Positions 39,287-50,500 of a stretch of DNA of 64,000 nucleotides are shown piece by piece; the first letter of the stretch is position 1; every line of letters starts with the position of its first letter. The stretch is from Alphaproteobacteria bacterium (GTDB lineage Bacteria > Pseudomonadota > Alphaproteobacteria > Bin95), in the NCBI GenBank assembly GCA_965205265.1, contig CBDBGH010000003.1, forward strand, positions 5,280,001 to 5,344,000, in the 5' to 3' direction. Below the pieces are notes generated by a model. The model ran no database searches and was not told the origin of the DNA. It saw only the letters and a list, made by a program, of their open reading frames with translations. Both the position numbers and the translations under genes were made by a program.

Positions 39287-39457
39287 ATTTGGCCCCAATC
39301 CGCTTGCTTATGCAAGCGGATTGTGCTAGTCTCCAGACTGGAGCCTCGGTTCTGGAATCGCCGCAACACGACAGTTGATCGCCGATGCGCAGCTGCGCGG
39401 CGGGGATGTCCCGGTTAAGCATTTCCACGAACCAATCCTCAGGACAGGACATGTTAC

Positions 39458-39862
39458 ATGGTTGAGAGCCGCTTCATTCACCCGATGCGCTATATGCGGA
39501 CACGACCCTTCGCTCGTCGCGCTGTTCAGACTTACGGTCGTATGTCCGGGAGAAAAATGCCCTCCCCCGAGACATTGGAGGCTATCACAACCTTGATTAC
39601 GGATGCGTACAATAGCGCGTTGCACTCTGTCGCCCGAGGTCAACGACCGCTTCGTCCTACCGGCATGATTTCCGAGGAAATCAGTCTCGCGTGTCATGTC
39701 GGCGCCTTCACTGCACATGGAAGAAACATCTTCCTGCTCTCCACCGACCTTGTGGACATGCTGGATCGAACAGATCTCGCAGGCGTTCGTGCTGCCGATT
39801 TAAAACTGCCTTATCCAGTAGTGCATATCTCGTTTGGAAATGCCTTCGCCGTGTCCCTGCCG
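39458..39862 (+). pseudogene. lower-GC hypothetical gene 5' fragment
   Basis: AGGAC RBS; natural protein sequence up to PYPVVHISFG, then an abrupt switch to high-GC ankyrin DNA in another frame. Confidence 0.55.
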
Positions 39863-40523
39863 GCTCCTGGATGCCGGCGCCAATCCCGCGTCCACGAACG
39901 GCTGGGGCCGGACGACACCTGTGTATGCCGCGGCCTTCTTTTCCGGAAATCCGGACATATTGCGGGTCCTTCTGGCGGCCGGGGGCCCGCACGACGCGAC
40001 CGACCGAAACGGGGAGACGCCGCTGCACGGGGCCGCCGCGGTCGGCAATATCGCCGCGATCCGGACTTTGCTCGATGCAGGGGCGGACGTCCATGCACGG
40101 GACCTCAGAGGACAGACGCCCCTTCACCATGCGGCCTATATTTCCTGGGAGGCCATGCAATTCCTGCTCTCGGCCGGGGCCGACCCGGAGGCGCGGGACG
40201 CGTTCGGGCGGACCGCCCTGTTTCCCGCAATGATGAACGCCTCGCCCGACCGGGTGCGGACGCTGCTCGAGGCCGGCGGCGACCCCGGTGTCCGCGACCA
40301 TGGCGGAAACACGCCGCTTCACTGGGCCGCCAGGTCCCGCGGTCCCTTCGCCCCGGCACGTCTTCTTCTCGCGGTCGGGGCGGACCCGCACGCCAGGAAC
40401 GATGAGGGGGCCACGGCTCTCGATGTAGCCCTGTCCCACGGAACGCAGGGACCTGTGGCGGACCTCCTGCTGTCACTCGGCCCCGCTCCGGACAGCCGGA
40501 CCCACGATGGCCCCAAGCCCTGA
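39862..40523 (+). pseudogene. ankyrin repeat gene 3' fragment
   Basis: LLDAGANP, GETPLHGAA, GQTPLHHAA, GNTPLHWAA; no proper N-terminus. Confidence 0.75.
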
Positions 40524-41108
40524 GGACCGGCGGGAGCAATATGCTCCCGGCGCATGCAGATTCCGGACACGGCATTATCCCTGCCGCGCCCTGCCGCGCT
40601 AGATATCGCGTTCCGCAACGAAGGCGCCGTCATGCTCGGGAAGGGCCGGATGGCTTGGGGGGAGAGCGCGTCAACCGAAACCGGAGGCACAGAGGCACAT
40701 CGCGGCCCATTGCTCCCGATAACTATTGAAATCGGGAGCAACCCCCGGACCGCCCCGCCTCGGGAAGAGCCGGAGGCCCGGTCAATGCTTCTTCAGGTCC
40801 CGACCGCCCTGGTGGAAGAATCGGCAGAAGGATATGTCGCCGGGGATTTCCCGGACTGCCTCCAGCGAATTGCGTCGGGTGTGAGAACCACGCGCCGAAG
40901 GGCGTAGAAATCATCACTCCGCCCCCGCATCCGCGAAGCGCCGCAAGGCCAGTTCTGACAATGGCTTGCAGCCCGCGCGGCGTTTGAGTGCGGCACTTCC
41001 GGCCCTTCCGATCTTCGAACCCGACGCCGTTCCCCGGCGTGTCCTGGTCTCCTGGGTGTTCCCCAACGGGGGCTCCTGCGACCGGCAGACAAGGGAAGGG
41101 GTCGGAAG

Positions 41109-42260
41109 ATGCCGAACGGAACGAAGAGGACGAAGATCACCGAGGCGCGGGCGCGCGCCTTCGCTGCTGCGGACGGGCGCGAGGCCGTGCTGTGGGACAG
41201 CGCCGCGCCGGGCCTCGGCCTGCGGGTGCGGGCGAAAGGGCGCAAGACATGGATCGTGCACCGGCGCGCGGGCGGCTCCGTCGTCAGGCGGACGCTCGGC
41301 GCGCTCGACGAACTGACGGTCGAGGATGCGCGGCACGCGGCGCGAGCGCTGCTCGCCGATGCGGAGACGGGCGGCGCACCGGCGACGGTGCCGACGGTGC
41401 GGACGTTCGCGCCGGCGTTCCTCGCCGACTGCGCCGAACGCTGGAAGCCGGCGACGCGGCGCGCGCACGCGGACGGCATGAACCGCTTCATCCTGCCCGT
41501 GTTTGGCGGTCGGCGCGTCGATTCGATCGGCGCGAAAGATGTGCACAACTGGTTCGACGATCTGTCGGCCAGGCGGGCGGGATCGGCGAACCGGGCGCTG
41601 GCGGTGCTGTCGTCGATGATGAAGCACGCGGAGGCGCTCGGCCTGCGGCGCGAGGACTCCAACCCGTGCAAGGGGCTGCGGCGGCGCAGGACCGGCTTCG
41701 AGGCGCACTACCTGACGGACGACGAGTTCGCCGCGCTTGGGCGGGCGCTCGACGGCGCGGAAGCGGAATGGCCGGTCGCCGTCGCCGCGCTGCGCTTCCT
41801 GCTCCATACCGGCGCGCGCAAGTCCGAGGCTCTGCGGCTCAGGTGGGAGCATGTCCACGGCGACCGTGTTGTGTTGCCCGACAGCAAGACCGGTCCGCGC
41901 ACGATCCGGCTCGCATCGCCCGCCCGCGCCGTGCTCGCGGCGCAACCCCGGCGCGACGACTGCCCGTGGGTGTTCGCGTCTCCCTGCGGCGGCCCTGCGA
42001 CGGTGGACAGGGCATGGAACGCGGTCCGCGCGGCGGCGGGTCTGCCGACGCTGCGCATTCACGATCTCCGCCACAGCTATGCGGCGGTCGCGGTCGGCGG
42101 CGGCGAGGGCCTGCGCATCGTCGCCGGGCTGCTCGGCCATGCCGACATCCAGACCACCTTCGGCTATGCGCACCTTGCCGAGGGCTCCGTGTTCGAGGCC
42201 GCGAACCGGGTCTCGCGCGGCCTTGCCGCCATGCTCGACGGCGGGGAGGCGGACCGATGA
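41109..42260 (+). CDS. tyrosine recombinase/integrase (Arm-binding N-terminus)
   Basis: LWD...GLGLRV, TGARKSE, SKTG, HDLRHS, LLGH....T..Y. Confidence 0.92.
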   Translation: MPNGTKRTKITEARARAFAAADGREAVLWDSAAPGLGLRVRAKGRKTWIVHRRAGGSVVRRTLGALDELTVEDARHAARALLADAETGGAPATVPTVRTFAPAFLADCAERWKPATRRAHADGMNRFILPVFGGRRVDSIGAKDVHNWFDDLSARRAGSANRALAVLSSMMKHAEALGLRREDSNPCKGLRRRRTGFEAHYLTDDEFAALGRALDGAEAEWPVAVAALRFLLHTGARKSEALRLRWEHVHGDRVVLPDSKTGPRTIRLASPARAVLAAQPRRDDCPWVFASPCGGPATVDRAWNAVRAAAGLPTLRIHDLRHSYAAVAVGGGEGLRIVAGLLGHADIQTTFGYAHLAEGSVFEAANRVSRGLAAMLDGGEADR

Positions 42261-43099
42261 CCGAACGCGCCCGGCTGACCGATGCGCTCGCGCTCGCGGC
42301 CCGTCCGCGCGAACGCGAATACGCCGTCCACGATACCGCCCTTCAGGGCTTCATGCTGCGCGTCCAGCCCAACGGCGCGCGATCCTGGGTGTTCCGCTTC
42401 CGGCGCGACGGCAAGCCGTGCCGGGTCACGCTCGGCAGGCCGGAGGCGGTAAAGGCCGACCGGGCGCGCGCTGCGGCGCTCGCCTTCCTCGCCCGCGAGA
42501 AGGGCGTCGGCGATTCTCTGCCCCTTCCCGCTTCCGGCCCGACGCTGGCGAAGTTCGCCGTGGAATATGTCGAGCGGCGCGCCCCGTCCTGGAAGCCGTC
42601 CACGGTGCAGGCGACCCTGAGCTACCTCGACAGCGCCATCCTGCCCGCGCTCGGCCATCTGCGCGTCGGCGCGGTCGTGCGGGCCGACATTGCCCGCTTC
42701 TTCCACGACTACGGGCGGCGGAGGCCGGGCGGGGCGAACCGCGCCCATGACATCCTTCGCAACATGTTCGACTGCGCCGTCGCGTGGGGTCATCGGCCCG
42801 AGGCCGCCGGGAACCCGTGCACGGGCATCGTCCGCTACCGGCGTCCGCCGCGCGGGCGGCTGCTGGGTGCGGACGATCTGGCGAAGCTGGGCGCGGTGCT
42901 GCGCGAGCGCGAGGCCGAACACCCGGTCTGCGCCGCGGCGGTGCGCCTGCTCCTGCTGACCGGGTGCCGGCCGGGGGAGATTCGCCGCCTGCGCTGGTGC
43001 GAGGTCAAGCCGGACCGGCTCGCGCTGCCCGACACCAAGACAGGGTTATTATTTTGCAGCCACCCGGAGCATGCGCCTGGCTGCGCTGTGGCTCTGTAG
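42257..43099 (+). pseudogene. truncated tyrosine recombinase
   Basis: ATGA-coupled. TGCRPGE and TKTG are present, then the sequence breaks at ~43045; lacks HxxR and the catalytic Tyr. Confidence 0.85.
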
Positions 43100-43227
43100 A
43101 GCGTTATATTTCCTACAGTTTTCCTGATTCCTCGCCGCTTCGACCCTCTTGCATCCCCGCGGGGGATGCGCTTGAATGCGCCCCGGTTCGATGCCGCGCA
43201 TGTGCGGTTTGATCACGGGATGAAGCC

Positions 43228-44412
43228 ATGCCCCGGCGAAGCACTCTGAAGATCACCAAGCGCACCGTCGATGCGCTCCGCGTCGAGGAAGGCGACGCCA
43301 CCTTCTGGGACCGCGACCTGGCCGGCTTCGGCGTGCGCGTGCACGCCACCGGACGCAAGGTCTATGTGGTCCAGTCCCGGGGACCGGGCGGGCTGAAGCG
43401 CGCCCCGATCGGCCGGCACGGCGAGATCACCGTCGACGAGGCGAGGGAGAAGGCGGCGGCGGCGATCGACCGGATCAAGCGGGGCGGGGAGCCCTTTCCG
43501 GCGCCGGCGCCGCCGGCGCTCACCGTGGCCGGGCTGGCGGAGCGCTATCTGGAGAAGCATGTGGCGGTGCGCTGCAAGCCGGCGACGGCGGCGCTCTACC
43601 GGTCGGTGCTGGAGCTTCACATCCTTCCGGCGCTGGGCGGCAGGGCGCTGTCCGAGGTCGGGCGGGAGGACGCGGCGGAATTCCATCACCGGCTGCGCGG
43701 CACGCCTTACATGGCCAACACCGCGGCGGCGGTGCTGTCGAAGATGTACCGGCTGGCGGAGAGCTGGGAGCTGGCGCCGCGCGGGTCGGACCCGTGCCGG
43801 TCGCTGCGCCGCTACCCGGAGCACAGGCGCGAACGGTTCCTGACGCCGGAGGAATACCGGCGGCTGGGCGAAGCGCTGCGCGAGGCGGAGGCGAAGGCGG
43901 CGCCGTGGCCGCAGGCGGTGGCGGCGATCCGGCTGCTGCTGCTCACCGGGTGCCGCAAGAGCGAGATCCTGACGCTCAGGTGGGACGATGTCGACCGGGT
44001 GGCGAACGAGCTGCGGTTTCGCGATGCGAAATCGGGGCCGCGCATGGCGCCGCTGACGCCGCCGCTGGTGACGGTGCTCGACGGCATCGACCGGCGTGAC
44101 GGCAGTTCGTGGGTCATTCCGGGCCGCAGGCCGGAGACGCATCTGGCCGGTCTCGACCATTACTGGAGGCGCATCACGGCGGCGGCCGATCTGAAGGACG
44201 TGCGCCTTCACGACGCCCGCCACAGCTATGCGAGCCGGGCGCTGGCGCTGGGCGAGAGCCTGAGCATGATCGGGCGGCTGCTGGGCCATTCCCGGGTGGC
44301 GACGACGGCGCGCTATGCGCATCTGGTGCGGGATGCGGAGAAGGCGGCGGCGCACCGGGTGGGCGAGAGCATCGGCGCTCATGTTGTGGCGCCGGAGCGG
44401 TCCGCGGCATGA
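43228..44412 (+). CDS. tyrosine recombinase/integrase
   Basis: FWDRDLAGFGVRV, TGCRKSE, HDARHS, LLGH...TTARY. Confidence 0.92.
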   Translation: MPRRSTLKITKRTVDALRVEEGDATFWDRDLAGFGVRVHATGRKVYVVQSRGPGGLKRAPIGRHGEITVDEAREKAAAAIDRIKRGGEPFPAPAPPALTVAGLAERYLEKHVAVRCKPATAALYRSVLELHILPALGGRALSEVGREDAAEFHHRLRGTPYMANTAAAVLSKMYRLAESWELAPRGSDPCRSLRRYPEHRRERFLTPEEYRRLGEALREAEAKAAPWPQAVAAIRLLLLTGCRKSEILTLRWDDVDRVANELRFRDAKSGPRMAPLTPPLVTVLDGIDRRDGSSWVIPGRRPETHLAGLDHYWRRITAAADLKDVRLHDARHSYASRALALGESLSMIGRLLGHSRVATTARYAHLVRDAEKAAAHRVGESIGAHVVAPERSAA

Positions 44413-45581
44413 GGGGGGACCGGCGGCGGACGATCTCGAACCGCATGGTGGCGGCGCTGGAGGTCGAGCGGGACACGGTGTTCTGGGATCGGGAGCTGAA
44501 GGGCTTCGGGGTGCGGGCCTATCCCGGCGGAGGCAAGGTCTACGTCGCCCAGGCGCGGGGACCGAAGGGGCCGCGGCGCGTCACGGTGGGACGCCACGGG
44601 GTGGTCAACGCCGAGGAGGCGAAGCGCCGGGCGGCGCTGATCATCGCGCGGGTCAAGGCGGGCGAAGACCCGGCGCCGGAGCCGCTGGCGGCGAAGCGGG
44701 CGCGGGGGCCGACGGTGGCCGATCTGGCGGCGCGCTATCTCGAGGACCATGTGGCGGTGCGCTGCAAGCCGAAGACCGCGAGGACGGCGCGCAGCGTGGT
44801 GGAGCGGCACATCGTGCCCGGGCTCGGCGCCCTGGCGCTGGCGGCGGTGGAGCCCCGCCATGTGCTCGACCTGCATCACGGGCTGAGCGACCGGCCCGCG
44901 ATGGCGAACATGGCGGTGGCCACGCTGTCGCACATGTACCGGCTGGCGGAGGGCTGGGGCATGGTGGCGGAGGGTGCCGACCCGTGCGGGTCGGTGGCGC
45001 GGTATCCGTCAAGGCGCCGCGAGCGGTTCCTCACCGACGCGGAGTTCGGGAAGCTGGGCCGGGTGCTGGACGAGGCGGCGGTCGAGGGCGGCGCGTCGGC
45101 GGGCGCGGTGGTCGCGATCCGGCTGCTGATGCTGACCGGGTGCCGCAAGAACGAGATCCTGACGCTGCGCTGGGAGGACGTGGACCTCGACGCCGGAGAG
45201 CTGGCGCTTGCCGATGCGAAAACGGGCCCGCGGGCGGTGCCCCTGCCGCCCTCGGCGGTTCGGCTGCTGGCGGCGCTGCCGCGCAGGCCCGGCAATCCCT
45301 GGGTCATTCCGGGGCACAGGCCGGGCACGCACATGACCGACATCGACGGCGCCTGGCAGACGCTCCGGGAGCGCGCCGGGCTGAAGGGCGTGCGCCTTCA
45401 CGATCTGCGTCACAGCTACGCCTCGCGCGCGCTGGCGCTGGGCGAGAGCCTGCCGATGATCGGCAAGCTGCTCGGCCACCGCCAGATCGAGACCACGGCG
45501 CGCTATGCCCACCTCGTGCGCGAATCCGTGCACGAGGCGGCGGCCCGGATCGCCGGCAGCATCGCTGCGGACCTGCTGTAG
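44409..45581 (+). CDS. tyrosine recombinase/integrase
   Basis: FWDRELKGFGVR, TGCRKNE, HDLRHS, LLGH...TTARY; ATGA-coupled. Confidence 0.92.
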   Translation: MRGDRRRTISNRMVAALEVERDTVFWDRELKGFGVRAYPGGGKVYVAQARGPKGPRRVTVGRHGVVNAEEAKRRAALIIARVKAGEDPAPEPLAAKRARGPTVADLAARYLEDHVAVRCKPKTARTARSVVERHIVPGLGALALAAVEPRHVLDLHHGLSDRPAMANMAVATLSHMYRLAEGWGMVAEGADPCGSVARYPSRRRERFLTDAEFGKLGRVLDEAAVEGGASAGAVVAIRLLMLTGCRKNEILTLRWEDVDLDAGELALADAKTGPRAVPLPPSAVRLLAALPRRPGNPWVIPGHRPGTHMTDIDGAWQTLRERAGLKGVRLHDLRHSYASRALALGESLPMIGKLLGHRQIETTARYAHLVRESVHEAAARIAGSIAADLL

Positions 45582-45733
45582 GGCCGCCTGCGGGACTCCT
45601 TGCGCCTTGCCGGAACGGCCCGTCGCGACCGCATCGTCGAAGAGGGGATGAACCGTCGATGAAACCGAACCGCCCTGCCGGCGTCGGCATCGAAGTCGAC
45701 GACCTTCGATTCCTTGACGGATAACGTCCCCGC

Positions 45734-47299
45734 TCATGCGGGTTCGGCGCGGATGTCGAGCAGGTTGCGCGCCTCGCGCCCGCAGGCCACGCCGACCAGG
45801 TGGACCGACCCGTCGTGATCGGCGTATTTTTCTGCGTAGCCCCGCCCGCGCATCTGCGCCATCGCCGCATCGAGCGCGGCCGCGCCGCCGTCATCGGTCT
45901 CCGCCACCTTGAACTCGATCACGAAGACCTGCCCGCCGAGACGCAGCACCATGTCCGCCCGGCCGCGGGACGAGGACTCCTCCACCCGCAGGTCAGCGCC
46001 GACCGCGCGCAGGCACATGTAGAGCAGGCTCGCATACCACGCCTCGTAGCGCGCGAGGTCCCCCGTCGCATGCCACTGGTAGGGGATGCCCGAGAGCCAG
46101 GCGTGCAGCGTCTCGCCGAAGCCCGCGAAGTCGTGCGCCTCAAGCAGGACGCAGAACTCCCGCCCCCGCTCCAGGGGCTCGACGCCCTTCTTGCCCAGCC
46201 AGGCCAGCAACCCGTCGTTCAGGCTGAGCCGGACCTCGAGGTTGGGATAGTCCAGACGGTAGAGGGTCCGGTACCCCTGCCGCTCCTCGCCCGCGATGGT
46301 GAGGTAGCCGGTCTGGAAGAGCAGCGCCTCGATGCCGATGTCGCCCACGTCGAACTTCGAGACCAGATCCATCCCGGCCAGCCGGCCCTCCAGTTCCATC
46401 GGGCTCACCGACTGCTCCGTCAGCATCCGGAACAGGAAGTCCGGAGACCCGGTCTCGAACCACCAGGGACGGAACTCGCGGCTGTCCAGCAGCAGCAGAA
46501 CGTCGTAGGGGTTGTAGACCGGCTCCCCGCCGCGCCAGCGGTAGCCATCGTACCAGGCGCGGATCTCCTCCCGATCCAGCCCGTCGAGTTCTGGAGCGAA
46601 CACCCGGTCGAGGTCCTCGTCCCGGTAGCCGCAGATCGCGGCGTAGCGCGGATCGAGGCTGATGTCCTTGAGGTTGTTGAGGCCCGAGAACAGGCTGACC
46701 TTCGAGAACATGCTCACCCCGGTGACGAAGACGAAGCGGACATGTTCGGCGCTGCCCTTGACGATGCCGTAGAAGCCGCGCAGCCAGTCCCGGTTGGCCC
46801 GCGCAAGCTCCGGGTCGTGAAGCACGTCCAGGATCGGCTTGTCGTATTCGTCCACCAGCACCACGGCCTGCCGGCCGGTGGCGTGGCGCAGGCGATAAAG
46901 GACATTCTGCAGGCGCTCCGGCCCCGTGTCGGCGACCGGCCCCGTGTCGAGATCGGCAGCATGTTCGATGATGGCCAGCTGGTTGAGGACGTTGCGCTCG
47001 ATCTCGCCCGGTTCGTTGTACTTGCCGTCGAAGCTGAGCCGCACCACCGGGTGCGGCGCGGACCAGTCCCAGTGCGGGTGGATGTCGAGCCCCCGGAACA
47101 GCGGCTCGTCGCAGGCGAACAGCGATCCCAGGGTATCCAGCAGCAGGCTCTTGCCGAAGCGGCGCGGGCGCGACAGGAAGTAGTGGTCGCCCTGCTCCAC
47201 GAGTTGCCGGATGAGCGGGGTCTTGTCGACATAGTAGCTGCCGCTCTCCCGGAGGCGCCGGAAGTTCTGGATCCCGATCGGAAGACGCTGCCGGGTCAT
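45734..47299 (-). CDS. AAA-ATPase-like protein with C-terminal PD-(D/E)XK nuclease
   Basis: LPIGIQ.F, YYVDKT, RPRRFGKS, LVDEYDKP, GRADM...IEFK...A..Q....Y. Confidence 0.9.
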   Translation of the reverse strand: MTRQRLPIGIQNFRRLRESGSYYVDKTPLIRQLVEQGDHYFLSRPRRFGKSLLLDTLGSLFACDEPLFRGLDIHPHWDWSAPHPVVRLSFDGKYNEPGEIERNVLNQLAIIEHAADLDTGPVADTGPERLQNVLYRLRHATGRQAVVLVDEYDKPILDVLHDPELARANRDWLRGFYGIVKGSAEHVRFVFVTGVSMFSKVSLFSGLNNLKDISLDPRYAAICGYRDEDLDRVFAPELDGLDREEIRAWYDGYRWRGGEPVYNPYDVLLLLDSREFRPWWFETGSPDFLFRMLTEQSVSPMELEGRLAGMDLVSKFDVGDIGIEALLFQTGYLTIAGEERQGYRTLYRLDYPNLEVRLSLNDGLLAWLGKKGVEPLERGREFCVLLEAHDFAGFGETLHAWLSGIPYQWHATGDLARYEAWYASLLYMCLRAVGADLRVEESSSRGRADMVLRLGGQVFVIEFKVAETDDGGAAALDAAMAQMRGRGYAEKYADHDGSVHLVGVACGREARNLLDIRAEPA

Positions 47300-47544
47300 C
47301 GGTTCCTCCCTGTGCGACGCCGGGCCATGCCGCCACCGGCCGCACCCGCCGAACGGGCGCACGGGATTCTGCGCCCCCGCCGTCCCGGCGACGCTACTCC
47401 TTCGCAGGACCCCGGGCAAGCAATGCAGCGGTCGCGCAGGGCTTGCAGCGGGCCGCTGTTTTTCCTAAAGAAGAACGAGGCTGAAAGGCTTGCGACCGCT
47501 ACTGTGCGACCGCAATCCAGTCCGGTACGGGGGAGGTCGAGGTC

Positions 47545-50500
47545 ATGACGAACATTGCAAGCGTCGTTGCGATGCGCGGCCTCCTGCGGCGGCTGTCCGG
47601 GCGGGGTGAGGACGTGACCGCCTCACGCGCGCGCGACCTTCGTACCCCCCCCCCGAGGATTCAGCATCCGGGCGCGGGGCTGATCCGGTGGGCGCCCCCG
47701 GGAGACCTGCCCGCCGCCTGAGCGCGGCTCTTCTCGCCGTTCTGTTCTCACTGCTGACGCTGGCCGCCGCCCTCGCGCCATCAGACGCACAGGCGCAGAC
47801 GCCTGTGGCACCGGTTTTGAGCGCCACGGCAGGCGACGGGCAGGTCACGCTCTCCTAGACGCCCGACAGTAATAATAATTTTCCGCCTGGCATAGGCACC
47901 ACTTTTGCGAGATGGATTTATCAAAAAAAGGAAGGCAGCAGCGACTTCGACAACACTTGGACTCCCATGGGCACCGTCAGGGCAACCACGACTTACACGG
48001 TGACAGGGCTGATAAACGGCACCGCCTACACATTCAGGATGCGAGCATCCTACTCAGGGCCGAGCGGCGGTGCTTCCTCATCTAACTCCAACGAAGTCAC
48101 CGCCACCCCGATGGCGCCGGTCGTTCCGGTTCTCATCTCCGACCCTGACAAGAGCGTGACGCTGCCGTCCGGCCAGAACACGGTGGTGGTGTGCTACAAC
48201 CTCCAGGCGGTCTCGTATGACGGCACGACCTATCTGGAAACGCGCGGCGGCGGCCGGACCGCCGTGCCTGCGCACAGTTCGCTCAGCGATGCCACCAACG
48301 GCGTCGAGATCACGGCCGCGCCGACGGGCATCACCACCGGGCGCAACGTCAACCTCAGTCCCTGCGCCAGCCTCGGGGTCGGCACGCACACGGTCACCTG
48401 GGAATGGAACGGTCCCGACGGCACCGCCCCGAAGGGGACGACCTCGACCACGTTCACGGTCGTCGAAGCCCCGAGCACGAAAACTCTCACGCTGTCGGCG
48501 ACTTCGACCCGGATCACCGAGGGGAATTCCGGCCACACGGACGTCACCGTCACCATCACGCTCGGCGAGCCGGCGCCCGAGGACTTCACGGCCCTGATCT
48601 CCGCTGCCGGCGATCCGGGCACGGCGACGGAACCCACGAAATCGCAGGACGCCTGCGAGCCGCCGCTGCAACCGGCGGATACGGATTGGTGCTTTCTGTT
48701 GGACAGCGCCGCCGTCGCCATTGCCGAGGGCGAGACCGAGGGAACCGTCAAGATCCGGATTCTCGGCGATACCCGGGACGAAAGCAACGAGACCGTCATC
48801 CTGCATGTTTCCTCCGAGGAGCCGGGCTGGACCCGGGATGCCACCCTCACGCTGACCATCGTCGACGACGACGGGGTCACCAGCCCCGCTGCCCCGCCCG
48901 GCCTCAGGGCTTCGGCGGGCGACCGGCAGGTGACGTTGAACTGGAACGACCCGAACGACGCGACCATCACCGGCTACAAGCTGATCTACGCCAAGACAGG
49001 TGACAGGGGCAGCGCGAGCTGGGCCCCGGTCCCCGGTTCCGGCATCCGCACCCTGACCTACACGGTGAGGAACCTCGACAACGACGCCGAGTACAGCTTC
49101 AGGGTGCGGGCGGTGAACAGCGCCGGCGACGGGACGGCCACGACCTGGGTGACGGCGACGCCGACCGGCGGGGTCACCTGCCCGACGGCACAGCCGCCGA
49201 CGGCTCTGTCGGTCACGCCGGGTTCTGACCGACTGTCCCTGACCTGGACCGCCCCGACCCAGGCCAAGCGGAACGGCTGGCAGCTGCAATACCGCAAGAC
49301 GGGGGGAAGCTGGACCGCGGTCACGATCCCGAGCGCCGGCGCGACCAGCTACACGATCGGCGGACTGGAGGCCGGCACGGCCTATCAGGTGCGGCTTCAG
49401 GCCACGGTCGGCGTCCAGGGCGCCAACTGTCCCGCCAGCGCCTTCGCAACCGCCGCCGGCACAACGACGGGGAGCGTCTCCACCACGCCCACCACCTCCA
49501 CCCCCATCTACACCCCGCCCCCCGGCACGCCGCGGGCGGATGCCGGGTCGGAGATCGAGGCCGCGCCGGGGGCGCGGGTAAGGCTGGACGGTTCGGGGAG
49601 TACGGACCCGGACGGGGGCGAACTGAGGTATTCCTGGAGGCAGGTGCTGGGGTGGAGCGGTATCTACAGGACGGCGGTGGAACTCGAGGGCGCGGACACG
49701 GCGCGCCCGTCGTTCACGGCGCCGGCCGGGCCGTACACCCTGGACATCCTGGTGTTCCGCCTCACGGTGACGGACCCGGAGGGGAAGACCGACACGGCCT
49801 CGGTGTGGGTGAAGGTGGGCGATGCGGCGCCGGTGTTCGGCGATGCGTCGGTGACGGCGCTGGAGCTGGCCGAAGGCGCGGCGATGGCGGCGGTGACGCT
49901 GCCCGAGGCGACCGGCGGCAACGGGACGCTCAGCTACACCCTGACCTCGGCGCCGAGGGGCCTGGCGGGCCTCGCCTTCGACCCGTCGACGCGGCAGCTT
50001 TCGGGCACGCCGTTGGAGGGCGGCAGCTGGACGTTCACGTACCGGGCAGACGATGCCGACAGCAACCGGACGGAGGCGGATGCGGCGGTCCTGACCTTCA
50101 CGGTGACGGTGCGCGACGAGGCGCCGACGTTCGGCGATGCGTCGGTGGCGGCGCTGGCGCTGGCCGGGGACGAGGCGATGACGGCGGTGACGCTGCCCGA
50201 GGCGACCGGGGGCAACGGGGTGCTCACCTACACCCTGACCTCGGCGCCGACGGGCCTGGCGGGCCTCGCGTTCGACCCGGCGGCGCGGCGTCTCTCGGGC
50301 ACGCCGTCGGAGGGCGGCCGCTGGACGTTCACCTGGCGGGCGGACGACGCGGATTCGAACCGGACCGAGGCGGACGCGGCGATCCTGACCTTCACGGTGA
50401 CGGTGCGCGACGAGACGCCGACTTTCGGCGACGCGTCGGTGGCGGCGCTGGATCTGGCCCCGGGCGCGGCGATGACGGCGGTGACCCTGCCCGAGGCGAC

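Noticed and set aside
40554-41100. att site or tRNA target upstream of the integrase cluster
   Set aside because: No tRNA fragment or matching direct repeat was found by eye.
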